Positions 48,012 to 60,794 of a stretch of 64,000 nucleotides of DNA are shown here, piece by piece; positions within the stretch are counted from its first letter, which is position 1; each line of letters opens with the position of its first letter. The position numbers were made by a program, and so were the translations under genes. The stretch is from positions 73,738-137,737 of the forward strand of contig NIVC01003517.1 of assembly GCA_002269645.1 (NCBI GenBank). Reading direction: 5' to 3'. The notes below the pieces were generated by a model that saw only the letters and a list, made by a program, of their open reading frames with translations, had not been told where the DNA came from and did not search any database. This stretch comes from Macrostomum lignano (taxonomy: Eukaryota).

Positions 48012-50151
48012 TCTGGAGGCCTGTGAGTAGGATTTCGAGAGGCTTGAACTGTGATTGCGTATCACATGAGAATGCGTGACTTGCATGCACAGGTTTTCGC
48101 TATCGGGCATTGTGTTGGAAACCCTAATCTTCTTTTTAGTCGTTGTGCAACAAACTTTTGCCATTTGACGCGTTTAGTCTGTTAGATTCAAAATAATGAT
48201 TGATAAAGTAACATGTCTGTGTGATTTTAATGCTGTCAGTAAATTTTTACGGGTATACGAGCGTACGTATATTAGCTGACCGATTCTAAGAAGGTTTTCA
48301 GACCATCTCTTTGGAGAAACATTTCTGTCTGTGCAGAATTATCAGTTAATTTATTCAAAACGACTTTGACAATCTCGGTTTAGTTCTAAACCTGAAAAGT
48401 CTTTAAACTGACATTTACTAATAAAAAAATATGATCTGCAGCTTATTATTTGTGCAGCAGAAAAGTTCAAAGAAAGGTTTTCGTATAAAATCCAGCCACG
48501 AATAAAAAGGCCTTCAATATCGCAACTTTTTCAAAGTCTACTCTCCTACAGTGCGGCTGCTCCGCCTTCTGGTTGGAAAGCGAAAATCTGCCATTTTACT
48601 GCTACGAGTATTTTACGAGTACTTCAGTAGCACACAGGCACGCTTGTAGGCAAAGAAAGAAGCTCACGACACCACTGCCCAAGTAGAAAAGAACAAAGAG
48701 CTCTGAGTTCTGACTCGAAAGTGCCCTGCGCAAACAAAGTACTGAACAAAGAGTAGACACTTGTACATGCCTAGCGATAAAATAAAGTTAGGGCCGCTGT
48801 ACACTCCTGTGTGAGTGTGTGCCTGCGTACGTATCCGCGCGCTTGTATGCCTGCTCAGGGGAGTCGGCGGAATGGGCAGTAATGCCTCTCGCCGGTTGTG
48901 TGCCTATGTCGCTTAAAGTGCGCCAGGGTGCACACAACCCCCCTGCCTCTAATAAAAAGAGTAGACACTTTGAGTCGTGATTGGAGAAAAATAGCATTTA
49001 TTTGTTGGCCTGGGCCGCCATTGTATTGGTTCTGAACTCTGAGCTCTGAATTCTGATTTCCCGCCTGTGATCTTATTATACTCTACAGTTAGATTTCTTA
49101 CCATTTCATTTGAATTTGAACTGAACTTCAGCCAGAATCTACATGCTATATTGCTATATACGAGTACTTACATTTACATACGAGCACATACTTACACACT
49201 TACAATAGCACACAAGCTCCAAATTGAACAATTTTTGTAGGAGTGTCAAAGTTATTAGTGCGCCAGAGGCAAGGCTACATTTAGATATCCCCTTTTTGCT
49301 TTTCCCATAACACGCCAGGGTACTACGAAAGATTTGAAGCCCATAGTTCGTGTCATTTTATTTTAGAGGGAAGTAGGCCCCAGAGACCAAGAAATAGTTC
49401 AACTAGGCTGTGTTGTATCTCTAATAGATAATCGGCTTAGCTTAATAATCCGCTCAGTCGCGGTGGCCGTCTTCAGTATATTTGCATACGGTTACAGTCA
49501 CGCGTATAATTGTCTATGGCCAAAGCCACACAAACCAAGGCTGGGGATACACCAGACTGCACTTTGGACGAAAAAAGCGGGACTTAAACTCCATTGAAAA
49601 CTGGCACGTGGCGCCGCTCTCCCACCCCAACACGAGGTTAGATGTGGAAGCTCGCTCACTTGTCACTCCAGATTCCGGGGTTGCTTGAGTTTGGGAAACG
49701 GTCTCTTGGAAAAGTTATTTGATAGCTGACAGCAGCTGTTATTGGATTGTGATTTAAGAGACAAGACTATCTTTGTCATTGCTTTGCAGAGAAGCAATGA
49801 AAAACTGGGGGGGGGGGGGTAGGAGGGTGACTAATTTATTTAATTGTACACCACTGAATATGCAAAAAGCACACATAGCTTCATGCGCTTGGTGCCCAAG
49901 ACCCCGCCCCCTGCTACAGTCTATACGTTTCTACTCGCTCTACTTTGTTTACCTGCTCTTTCCTCCCAGTCCCCTATCCCCTAAGTCCTTGGTTAGCACA
50001 ATTGCCACCATAGCGCAAATTGGGGGAAGAGCTTCTCACAGTCCACTGATGCTATTTCTAGAAGCCTCTTGAGAGTACAGTTATTCAGCTGCCTTTGTAT
50101 TGGTGCAGTGCATGCGCATCTTATGATGTATTAATATTTATTAGGTTACCC

Positions 50152-50657
50152 CACAGATAGATGGGCCACTGGCGTGTATATACTTTGTAAAACAGCTTTC
50201 TACTTCTAGAACTTCTAGTTAAGTAGCAAAGAAGAATACATAAAGCTATTTTTTATAAAAAATAAAGGCAGCTAAAATGACTTCGATAAGTTTAGAAACC
50301 CAAGCTTGCAGGCGTAATAGACAGCTTGCTAATTGGTTCAGCAATAATGTACATTGGCCAGTCCGCTAAAATGTACATGGCAGCTTTGGACTTCAATTCC
50401 CGGGAAAGTCAATAGAAAAATGGGGCGGGACGGGGGGGGGTTGGTGTGGAAAGGCGCCGGTTAGAGGGTTTAAGCTGGGGGTGGGGGTAAAAGTCAATAA
50501 ATAAGCCTTGGCTTTAAAAATACACTAAATGCTTTCGTTTAACTTACTTCTGAACTGAAAGTATAGACTACACGCAAATGTGCCGAGTGGCTATAATAAT
50601 GATAATAACTATAACTTAATACTAAAAATTCTAACAATAGTTATTCTAGTATCTGTG
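50152..50657 (+). mobile_element. MITE family Y, copy 3 (degenerate)
   Basis: Starts cacagatagatgggccact and ends tagttattctagtatctgtg; the internal family block is shared with copies 1 and 2. Confidence 0.7.
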
Positions 50658-50886
50658 GCATGCCCCGGATATCTGGCCCAACGTGTACGAGAAACTGTAA
50701 CTGTCCAATCTGAGATCTCTTATTTACAGTTTACACACATTTACACAGGTCAAAAAGAATGCAGTCAGCAAGAATTAGAAGGTATTTATTTAAGTAAAAA
50801 CTGGCAACCAACTTTAAATAAACAGTTGGGTTATTCCGGGGCCGGTGCTCTCCTGAGGGTGTTCTAAACGTACACTCACTACCCGG

Positions 50887-50902
50887 CTCTCTCTCTCTCT
50901 CT

Positions 50903-50950
<48 letters not shown>

Positions 50951-50955
50951 GTCTC
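50887..50955. repeat. (CT)n microsatellite
   Basis: Read directly. Confidence 0.9.
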
Positions 50956-51767
50956 GGTTTTGATCTGTTGACTCCCCCCGTGTTTTGTTATTACAATCTT
51001 GTGCATCACTGACTATCTGCCACTGAAATGTATTTACACTCTACGTTTTGACTTAAATAAAATAAATTCCAATCTGCCCGATGATGCCTAAAGTTAGGCG
51101 AAACATGTCGTTCTAATGAAAATGCTCGCAATCTCCTTTCTTTGTATTTTATAATGTTTCGTGAAGTTGGAAACTGAGCCCTATATCTCTTTTACAAGAG
51201 GTAAGTATAGTAAGGTTTATACATTAATATTTATTTGCCTATATTAAAACATCTTGATTATTTAAGCAAGAGATGATTAAGAACCAGGATCCATTTCAGA
51301 ACATGTGAAGCCACACGAAAGACTTTTTGAACAAAACAAAAACACTGTTCTCGGCAACAGTGATCATGATCAGTGACCATTGACACGTGCAATCGATTTA
51401 TTGATCACATTTATTCGGTTATCACTGCTAAAGCTATCGGTAGGGATTAAAAACTCCAAGAATTTTTGCCTAGGTGTATGTAGCTCTCAACTCAATTGCA
51501 GAAAACTACCTGGCTATCAGGCTATTGATTTCTCGGTTGCTTTGTTCGATTTGACTCGAACAGAAGGAGTCTTGAGGAGTTCGAAGAGTCTTGCATTGCC
51601 AAAGTAGAAACAAAGTGGATGGGGTGGAGATGGGACGGGTACACCTAGGGAACGAGAAAGACGCAGCTTCTGTTGCTTACTCATTGGCTGCTCAAAAGAA
51701 TTTCCGCGGAATTCCTTTGATGCTCCGCAAAGAAATGTCATTTTCCGTGCACCCAACTGTAGATAGC

Positions 51768-54285
51768 AGACCCCAGTCCCTCACACAGCACACACACCAG
51801 TCCCTCACACAGCACACACACCAGTCCCTCACACAGCACACACACCAGTCCCTCACACAGCACACACACCAGTCCCTCACACAGCACACACACCAGTCCC
51901 TCACACAGCACAGACACCAGTCCCTAACACAGCACAGACACCAGTCCCTCAAACAGCACACACACCAGTCCCTCACACAGCATAGACACCAGTCCACCAG
52001 TCCCTCACACAGCACACACACCAGTCCCTCACACAGCACTGACACCAGTCCCTCACACAGCACACACACCAGTCCCTCACACAGCACAGACACCAGTCCC
52101 TCACACAGCACACACACCAGTCCCTCACACAGCACAGACACAAGTCCCTAACACAGCACAGACACCAGTCCCTCACACAGCACACATACCATTCCCTAAC
52201 ACACCACAGACACCAGTCTACCAGTCCCTAACACAGCCCAGACACCAGTCCACCAGTCCCTCACACAGCACTGACACCAGTCCCTCACACAGCACTGACA
52301 CCAGTCCCTCACACAGCACTGACACCAGTCCCTCACACAGCACACACACCAGTCCCTCACTCAGCACACACAGCAGTCACTCACACAGCACAGACACCAG
52401 TCCCTCACACAGCACACACACCAGTCCCTCACACAGCACAGACACCAGTCCACCAGTCCCTCACTCAGCACACACACCAGTCACTCACACAGCACAGACA
52501 CCAGTCCCTCACACAGAACACACACCAGTCCCTCACACAGCACAGACACAAGTCCCTAACACACCACAGACACCAGTCCACCAGTCCCTCACACAGCACA
52601 CACACCCAGTCCCTCACACAGCATAGACACCAGTCCACCAGTCCCTCACACAGCACACACACCAGTCCCTCACACAGCACACACACCAGTCCCTCACACA
52701 GCACAGACACAAGTCCCTAACACACCACAGACACCAGTCCACCAGTCCCTCACACAGCACAGACACAAGTCCCTAACACACCACAGACACCAGTCCACCA
52801 GTCCCTCACACAGCACACACACCCAGTCCCTCACACAGCACACACACCAGTCCCTCACACAGCACACACACCAGTCCCTCACACAGCACAGACACAAGTC
52901 CCTAACACACCACAGACACCAGTCCACCAGTCCCTCACACAGCACAGACACAAGTCCCTAACACACCACAGACACCAGTCCACCAGTCCCTCACACAGCA
53001 CACACACCCAGTCCCTCACACAGCATAGACACCAGTCCACCAGTCCCTCACACAGCACACACACCAGTCCCTCACACAGCATAGACACCAGTCCACCAGT
53101 CCCTCACACAGCACACACACCAGTCCCTCACACAGCACACACACCAGTCACTCACACAGCACAGACACCAGTCCCTCACACAGCACACACACCAGTCCCT
53201 CACACAGCACACACACCAGTCCCTAACACAGCATAGACACCAGTCCACCAGTCCCTCACACAGCACTGACACAAGTCCACCAGTCCCTCACACAGCACAC
53301 ACACCAGTCCCTCACGCAGCACACACACCCAGTCCCTCACACAGCATAGACACCAGTCCACCAGTCCCTCACACAGCACACACACCAGTCCCTAACACAG
53401 CATAGACACCAGTCCACCAGTCCCTCACACAGCACTGACACAAGTCCACCAGTCCCTCACACAGCACACACACCAGTCCCTCACACAGCACACACACCCA
53501 GTCCCTCACACAGCATAGACACTAGTCCACCAGTCCCTCACACAGCACACACACCAGTCCCTCACACAGCACACACACCAGTCCCTAACACAGCACAGAC
53601 ACCAGTCCACCAGTCCCTCACTCAGCACACACACTAGTCCCTCACACAGCACAGACACCAGTTCACCAGTCCCTCACACAGCACACACACCAGTCCCTAA
53701 CACAGCACAGATACCAGTCCACCAATCCCTCACTCAGCACACACACCAGTCACTCACACAGCACAGACACCAGTCCCTCACACAGCACACACACCAGTCC
53801 TTAACACAGCACAGACACCAGTCCCTCACACAGCACACACACCAGTCCCTCACACAGCACAGACACCAGTCCACCAGTCCCTCACTCAGCACACACACCA
53901 GTCACTCACACAGCACAGACACCAGTCCCTCACACAGCACACACACCAGTCCCTCACACAGCACAGACACAAGTCCCTAACACACCACAGACACCAGTCC
54001 ACCAGTCCCTCACACAGCACACACACCCAGTCCCTAACACAGCACAGACACCAGTCCACCAGTCCCTAACACAGCACAGACACCAGTCCACCAGTCCCTC
54101 ATACAGCATAGACACCAGTCCCTCACACAGCACACACACCAGTCCCTCACACAGCGCAGACACCAGTCCCTCACACAGCACACACACCAGTCCCTCACAC
54201 AGCACACACACACCAGTCCCTCACACAGCACAGACACCAGTCCCTCACACAGCACACACACCAGTCCCTCACACAGCAGACACCA
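51768..54285. repeat. 24-bp minisatellite (CAGCACACACACCAGTCCCTCACA)n with 31-bp variants, ~2.5 kb
   Basis: Read directly; same family as 32205-33085. It produces the spurious Cys-rich ORFs. Confidence 0.95.
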
Positions 54286-55440
54286 GCGTGATGATAAACA
54301 CAGACACTTAGATATGGCTAAAAAGTCCACTAATTCTAAAAGCACAGCGTGCCAATAATAATTCGAAGGTAATTGCAAGTAAAATTGAAGCTGGATGAAA
54401 ATTCTTACCTTTATTTAACTTTATAGAGATGTAGAAAAACAATTGATAAAATTATTTTCTTTCTATTGAGAGAGCTTTTACGTCCAGATAATCCAGTAAT
54501 TGTGTATTTTTTGCGACCTGTTAATGGATTCTTGCAAGAATTATTTTCGTATATAATGTGGGTATTGGATTCCTAATGTAGAATTATAGCTATATACTGT
54601 CGCGTTTCCCAACGAGATTCCATTTCCAGGAAATTCACTGTACGCTATGAATTTTAAATGCACACAGAAATTTCTTGGAAATTGTTGAACCAAACTCTAT
54701 TAAGCTTAAAAAATGAGAATGTGCATCATAATTCAAAAGAATCTGGCAATAGCTACTCTGGCGAAAAAAGCCTAAACTCAGTGGTGCGGGCTGGTCTAAA
54801 TTCCTATTACTCGTATTAAGAAGCATAGCACAAAGCATTCCTGGGGGTAGAAAGGTGGAGAATAAAGGCGGTTTTTTTAATTCATCGGCACGTGCGTTGT
54901 CATGAGCAGTATTGACATTACCGCTAGCTACTGTCTCCACAGCTAAAGAGGCTCTTCATATTGCTTGTTCTGGTTCTAGAACCAGAACCATTTTGTAAAG
55001 TATAACTTTTTGTCTCCTTCACTAGAGGGATATACTTGCTATAAACTCTCAATTATTGAATGAAAATCGCCAAGAAGAAAGTAAAAAATTGTGCAAAGTG
55101 AGGCTGTTAAGGCAGTCAAATATTAACAGAGTTAAATAATTATACTGCTGTTTTTCTTGGAAGATCCGAACCGATTCTGGTTCTGGAATTGGTAATGTGA
55201 AGAGGCTTAAAGTCTCAGTCACTTAACGCGTCAATAAGCGCAATAAAAATACGTATTGAATATTGTTAAAATAAATTAAAGAATACAAGTAGTACATGCG
55301 AGCGAGAAAAGGAAATACGGTACACATATACTGCTACGAATTACACTGTCACAAAAGTGCACTCCCCCTCCCCGCATTGGAAAAAGAGTGAATGACTAAG
55401 TGGGGAGAGGCCTGTGATTTTGTGAGGGCGCAAAACCCAG
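54285..55440 (+). repeat. Dispersed repeat family X, copy 3
   Basis: Homologous to copies 1 and 2 and directly following the long minisatellite. Boundaries are approximate. Confidence 0.7.
54949..55207. mobile_element. Small TIR element (259 bp) inserted in repeat X copy 3
   Basis: Ends AGGCTCTTCATATT / AATGTGAAGAGGCT, flanked by TAAAG on both sides. The empty site cacagc-tacag-tctcagtc is present in X copy 2 (~33677-33695). Confidence 0.65.
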
Positions 55441-56944
55441 TGGCTTGGGCTGCCCCTGCTCGCCCCGTCTCGTGTATTCATGCAACACCCACAGACCAAA
55501 CACTAAACAGATACATTATACTCGCACTTCTTTGTATGTGTCTTCTTTCTGTTATACTGTAATGCTTCTGCTAACGAGTGTGTATGCTTATTTACAAGAC
55601 TTCTTGCACACTGTCTACATTCTACATTATAGCTCCAGTACTAGTAGTTCTTCTATTTCTAAATGTAACAATTCTTACAATAAGTAGTGTGTTTTACATG
55701 TACTTCTTTGCCTGTTGACCCTGTGCCTATCTATACGCCCAACAGTATATTCGGCCTAGTGGCTAAACTCATTCGCTTTTGTATGCGCACAGCCTTGTCT
55801 AGAAACCCCAATTTTTTCACTAATGAAATCCGTAGCCTATTACTGATAGCTTAAAACAGTAGTATACCCGGGAGCGCCTATTTGGGACCGGAGCCCGGTG
55901 GCCGAGGGAGAGAGATGGAGGAGATATAAGGTGAGATGTAGGGTGAGAGAGAGAGAGAGAGAGGGAGAGCGAGAGGCAGGGAGAGATGCAGGGTAGGACG
56001 CCAGCAAATAGGGAGGAGCCGATATTGATCGAACACCGACCTCAGTCTACAAAGTCCCTAAGTTTTAAGAACTAAATTTTAAGAATCCTCAGTTTGTAAT
56101 GGCTTATGGCTGAAATGTTGTCTCACAGGGTAAGTTTAAGGCTCAGTACGGAGGTTTAACAATTGGATTCCCAAGGGTTACTTAGGAATCGTTGATAGGC
56201 CAAGCAACAAATGGAGAGTAAGAGATAGAGCATGGTGATGCCAAGGTGATGCCAAATTTTGATGCCAAATCTCAATGTGGATGCTGATTTCTTAGGCTAG
56301 ATTTGTCCCGCGCTTTTGTAAATTTTCAAAAAACAAATAAGAAACCTGCTCGTTCAAGGAAAACTAGACTGTCAAGTTTCGAAGAAGAATTTTGATCAGT
56401 AAGATTATATACACATATATTTAAATAGTATATTGTAGTTCGTATATGCAAAAACATTTGCAATTTTTCGGTTAGAAAATCGCGCATACGACACAGTCGT
56501 ATCAGGCGGTCTGTATCACAGTGACGCCAAATTTCTTCTAAGCTTCAGTACCTGCATGAAAGGTTAAGCATTCTATTTAAACAATATGCAGTCTGGTTGC
56601 TTTAAAAAACTCTCCCTTAGAAGTTCAAACCCATGTTATAAGTATAGAACATGCGAATCAATGGAGTTGTATTATAGCAGTAGAAGCATCATTGTATCGG
56701 GCGCTCACATTCATGATACTCTTAGAAGCGATGTTTCAAAGAGGTGAACAAACATATTTTACGAATTTAAACAACTGCAATTTCGCACTGAACTCTTGAC
56801 CATCGTTAAACATTGGTTTGAATCGTCGAAAATGAAGAATCTGGTGAGGCAAATAGTTGGGTGATATTACATGTAACACAAGTTATCAGTTTGAAGTAAG
56901 AGCTTTCTAAGAGGCTCAGTTAAAAGAGATCCGTTTCGAAATCA

Positions 56945-59900
56945 CTACGCCGACGGTTTCTCTTCGGCAGGGGCTGCAGCTCCTCCAGCGCCCGCCGTTG
57001 CCGCGGCCGACTGTCTCCGCTTGGCCATCTGGCTCAGCTTCAGCGCCTCCAGCTCCTGTCGGCGAGCTTCTTCGGCCTCCCGGCGGGCGATGATGTGCTC
57101 CACCTGAGTCAGGAACTGTCAAGGAAGGAAAGCGGTTTGACAAATGGTGAAAACTAGCTTAAGGATGACTGCACAGATATCGGAACTCGGGTTTTTTTAT
57201 TTTGAGGCAAAGGGGGAGCTGAGTGCACCCTGGCGCACTTTAAACGACGAAATTGTTACACAACAAGTTAACCCCAAAAATGTGACTATAGTGTGTTATT
57301 TGTAATCGAGCCTGAGAAGCTGGCACATAAGAGTACTACTCTAGATCAAGGCAGCACTAGGGTAGAAATTCGAGAAGACGTGCATGGGTGGCTGTTTTGT
57401 GCTTCACTGGAGCATGCGCTGCATTGAGCACTACTGACATCACTGCTACTGTCTCCAGCTCCACTAAGCTACAGTCTGATACAGTCTGCGTCTCCTGCGC
57501 TAATGTCCCAAATCACAAGAGTTACAATAAAATATCGAGTTTTCCTATACAAATCCTAGTTTCTCAACGCTGCCTTTTTTAAAAAAGCTGTCTAAAACCC
57601 CTGAAGTACTCAATTTTTCTTTAAAAGCAAGCAGAAGCATCAACATCAAACATCTGTTCCTGCATTCAATTTTCGACTACATTTATTTAGGACTCATACA
57701 CGAAAACTAGTTTTGCGCGATGCCCACTGCAACTTAGCTAACTAAAGGCACCGATAAATCAAAAAAAGTTGAAACTTCTAGCAGGGAGGGGCGGGCTCAC
57801 CTCCGGCTTTCTCGTGTCCTTCTTCTTCATGAAGTCGATGAAAGACCGGGCACCGTGCAGCGACGAGAGCGTCTCGTTCATCTCCTGCGCCCGTTGACGC
57901 GCCTCCAGCTGCTTGGTGTCCTTGCGCTCCTCCGGGTCCTCCAGTGGCTGGCCAGCTGGCAGCTTCCGCCAGGTCTCCGGCTCCAGGTACCAGGCTCCGT
58001 AGCGGAACTTCATCCAGCCGGGGTCGGTAGAATCTCCAGCCTCTTTGCCCAGCCGGCGCAGATACTCGCGCTCCATCTCAGCCTCCTCGCGGTCCTGATG
58101 CCGCTGAGGTGGCAGGGCGATGTTTTGCCGCAGCTCCGGCGGGATGCTCGTCAGCTCCACGACGTGGATCGGCACCGACAGGGCCGGCTTGGTCTCGTAG
58201 CCGCTGGCAAACAGGCTCATGACGGTGCTCTCCTCGATGTTGTTTGCTTCGCCGCCTAGGGAGGCAACCCATTCGCAGAAGTCCTTGGTAACCTGTTGGA
58301 GAGAAATAATATGAGCAAGAGGTTTTGTATGCCGCCCGAGTGCGATGAAATGCTATTCCGAGTTTGTCTACGGTAAAACCAGAAGTACCAATGTGATTTA
58401 GGGTGCCACTCCATTTAAGGTGTGATTTCACTAGATGGGTGCCATTATATTTGAGGAGGCGCCTGTATTATCAATCCAACTATATTATAAGAGCTTTTAG
58501 TTTATGTTAGTACTGAAACTAATCCATCCAGACAATTCCAGTACTGCGAAATAAGCGAAACCGGCGCTGATGACAATTCTGAGCACAGACAAGCGCACCA
58601 ATACTGTACGCTGGCACGCAATCACACACACGCTCACACGGGGTGTACAGAGGCCCTGACTTTCTAATCGTCAACCATGTACACTCTCTGCGCCTTGGGG
58701 TTGGCCATTATGGGTGTGAATCGAACGACAACCTCCCGGACAAATGAATGTGGCCGCGGACGGAATGGAACCAGCAGTCGTGACGCGAGTGTTTGCCACT
58801 GAGCTGCTCTCCTATCCTAGCCTACTACAAATAGTACGAGTACACGCAGAAGCGCGCGCACCTTTTCAATATGCGGATCCTTGGCCGGCTCTTGGCGCAG
58901 CCGAGCGTCGGCGTCTCGTCCAGCCGCCGTCGCGGCCGCTTCCTCGCGTTTTTTAATCCATGAATAGAAGTGCCGGCCGTCCGCCGACTTGCTGCTCTTC
59001 GCGCGTTCGCCGGAGGCGCCGCCGCTGCCGTTCGAATCGGCGCTGGTCTGCACCTCCTGGTGCCGGATGCTCGCCTGGTGCTGACCGTCAGCGCTCAACA
59101 GGGTCGCTTCATCGACGCCCTCCGTCTCCAGCAGGGTCATCTCCGGGTCTAGCAGGTCCACGATATCGTCGTACACCTTGAAATAGAAATCATGTAAAAG
59201 TTTTGATTGCTTCGAGAGCAGCAGCAAAAAAATAGAAAGAAGAAACATCTCAAATAATTGGGTATTTTTCTAAGATAAGGCTGTATGAGCTCGGCGTGAG
59301 CATAACGCGAACGAGGATGAGAACACTGGATCAGTCAGGAAAAATTCCAAGTTGGTTAACTGCGGATGTTTTAATTTTATTTGTGCGTCGGGCCATCATT
59401 AGTTTTGAACTCTTAATACAAGTAAGCCAGGTTTCTGAGTTTCTACTCTTTGTCAGCTGGTATTAAGCGCAGAGCAAGTTCTCCAGTGGATAAGACACAT
59501 TCGCTTACCCTATTTAAGATTCCATTCAAATTCTTTAATCAATACTGAGAAATGTACACACTGTATACATTTACGTTTGAAATATTGTAGACAACGTGCA
59601 ACCTTACGTATGGACACGTAATCCCAGAAACGTACACCTTTTGAGTCACTCCCTGCACTTACGCGTACATGCGAGTACGACGCATGCATGTAGTGGTACA
59701 GGGACGAAAAGTGTTGTTTAGTAGTCCCGATTTGTACTAGGAAAGATTTATTAACTCTGTAACCAGTTGAGATTCTGATGGTTATTCTGCAAAATTTGTT
59801 GCAAAATCTATATTCTAAAATGTTAACCTAAAACCTATTCTACCGCTCTGTGTGCGCTTCTTACCTCCGGAGGAACCGACTCCTCCAGGTGCGGGTAGAG

Positions 59901-60794
59901 GGCCAATGGGTGTTGGACGAGTCCGTACTCCAGCTCAGAAATGTGCTGCCGCTGTTTTCTCTGCAGGGGCGTCTGCTTCGAGAAGCAAATCTCTTCTTTG
60001 GTGTAGCGGCCGTCGTTGACGCTTTGCTTAATCGGAGTGGCGCCTGTGTTGTGCGACTTTAGAGCGGGGCCCAGACCAGCGTTTGGATTCTGCGAGTTTT
60101 TCATGGGAAGTATCGTAAATTCGTGACTCAATGAATGCGCAAAATGTGTTCTTAAATGAGATAAATACATTTCAAAAATAGAGTGCGTCAATATTTGCTT
60201 CTAATCAAAATAAACCATCTCTCGAATTTCTCAGAAGATGCATTTCAAGGAATTCGACGAAAATAATTTTAGGCGTTAGTTACATCTTATTCTTAAATGC
60301 CGTATAAAACTGCTTTGAAACGTTGACCTTAGATTAGCAAAATATGCTGTCACCGAAGATAGCATTCAACTTACTCTGATAACAACAGATCCTTCTGTAA
60401 TTGGTGGCAAGCCATCTCGAAAGTCATCCAGACCATCTTTTACGAATACCCAGTCTTTTCCAACGTTTACTTTTCCAGGGTTGCCCGGTCCTGTCGCCTT
60501 TGAGTACTTTAAATTGATGCGTTCCTTGTACCTGAAATTAGGTGTTCATTTTTTATCTTTTTCCTTGTATGCTATTTATTTCGACTTAATCATTAAAAAT
60601 TATTACTTTATTTGGTGCCTCGCATCGGGGTTTAGGACAGATATCAGATTAATAGACAAAACAGTACATGTAGGTGTCCGTATCTTGCCTGCAATTTGAA
60701 ACGCAAAATGGAAAAATACTTACCAAGGGATATTCTGCTTCTTTTTATCACTCTCTGTAGTTACCAGCAGTAGGTCATATTTCTTTTCAGCCAT
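56945..60794 (-). CDS. FAM47E-like: FAM47-family protein (~476 aa; exons 60794-60724, 60531-60375, 60089-59865, 59176-58862, 58292-57801, 57115-56945)
   Basis: GT-AG introns with consistent phases; 1431 nt = 477 codons. Motifs PWYKER, WVFVKDGLDDFRDGLPP, HPLALYPHLEE, FCEWVASLG and KFRYGAWYL match remembered FAM47 proteins. Confidence 0.88.

Noticed and set aside
48789-48955. GC-rich segment with a reverse-complement match at ~57200-57250 (gtgcgccagggtgcac..cccc..gcctc)
   Set aside because: Probably a small repeat family, but TIRs and TSD could not be established.
51591-54378. Cys-rich (CVLCEGLV / WCVCCVRD) and His/Thr-rich ORFs resembling metallothionein- or keratin-associated proteins
   Set aside because: Translations of the 24-bp minisatellite in several frames, with frequent frame-shifting 31-bp variants.
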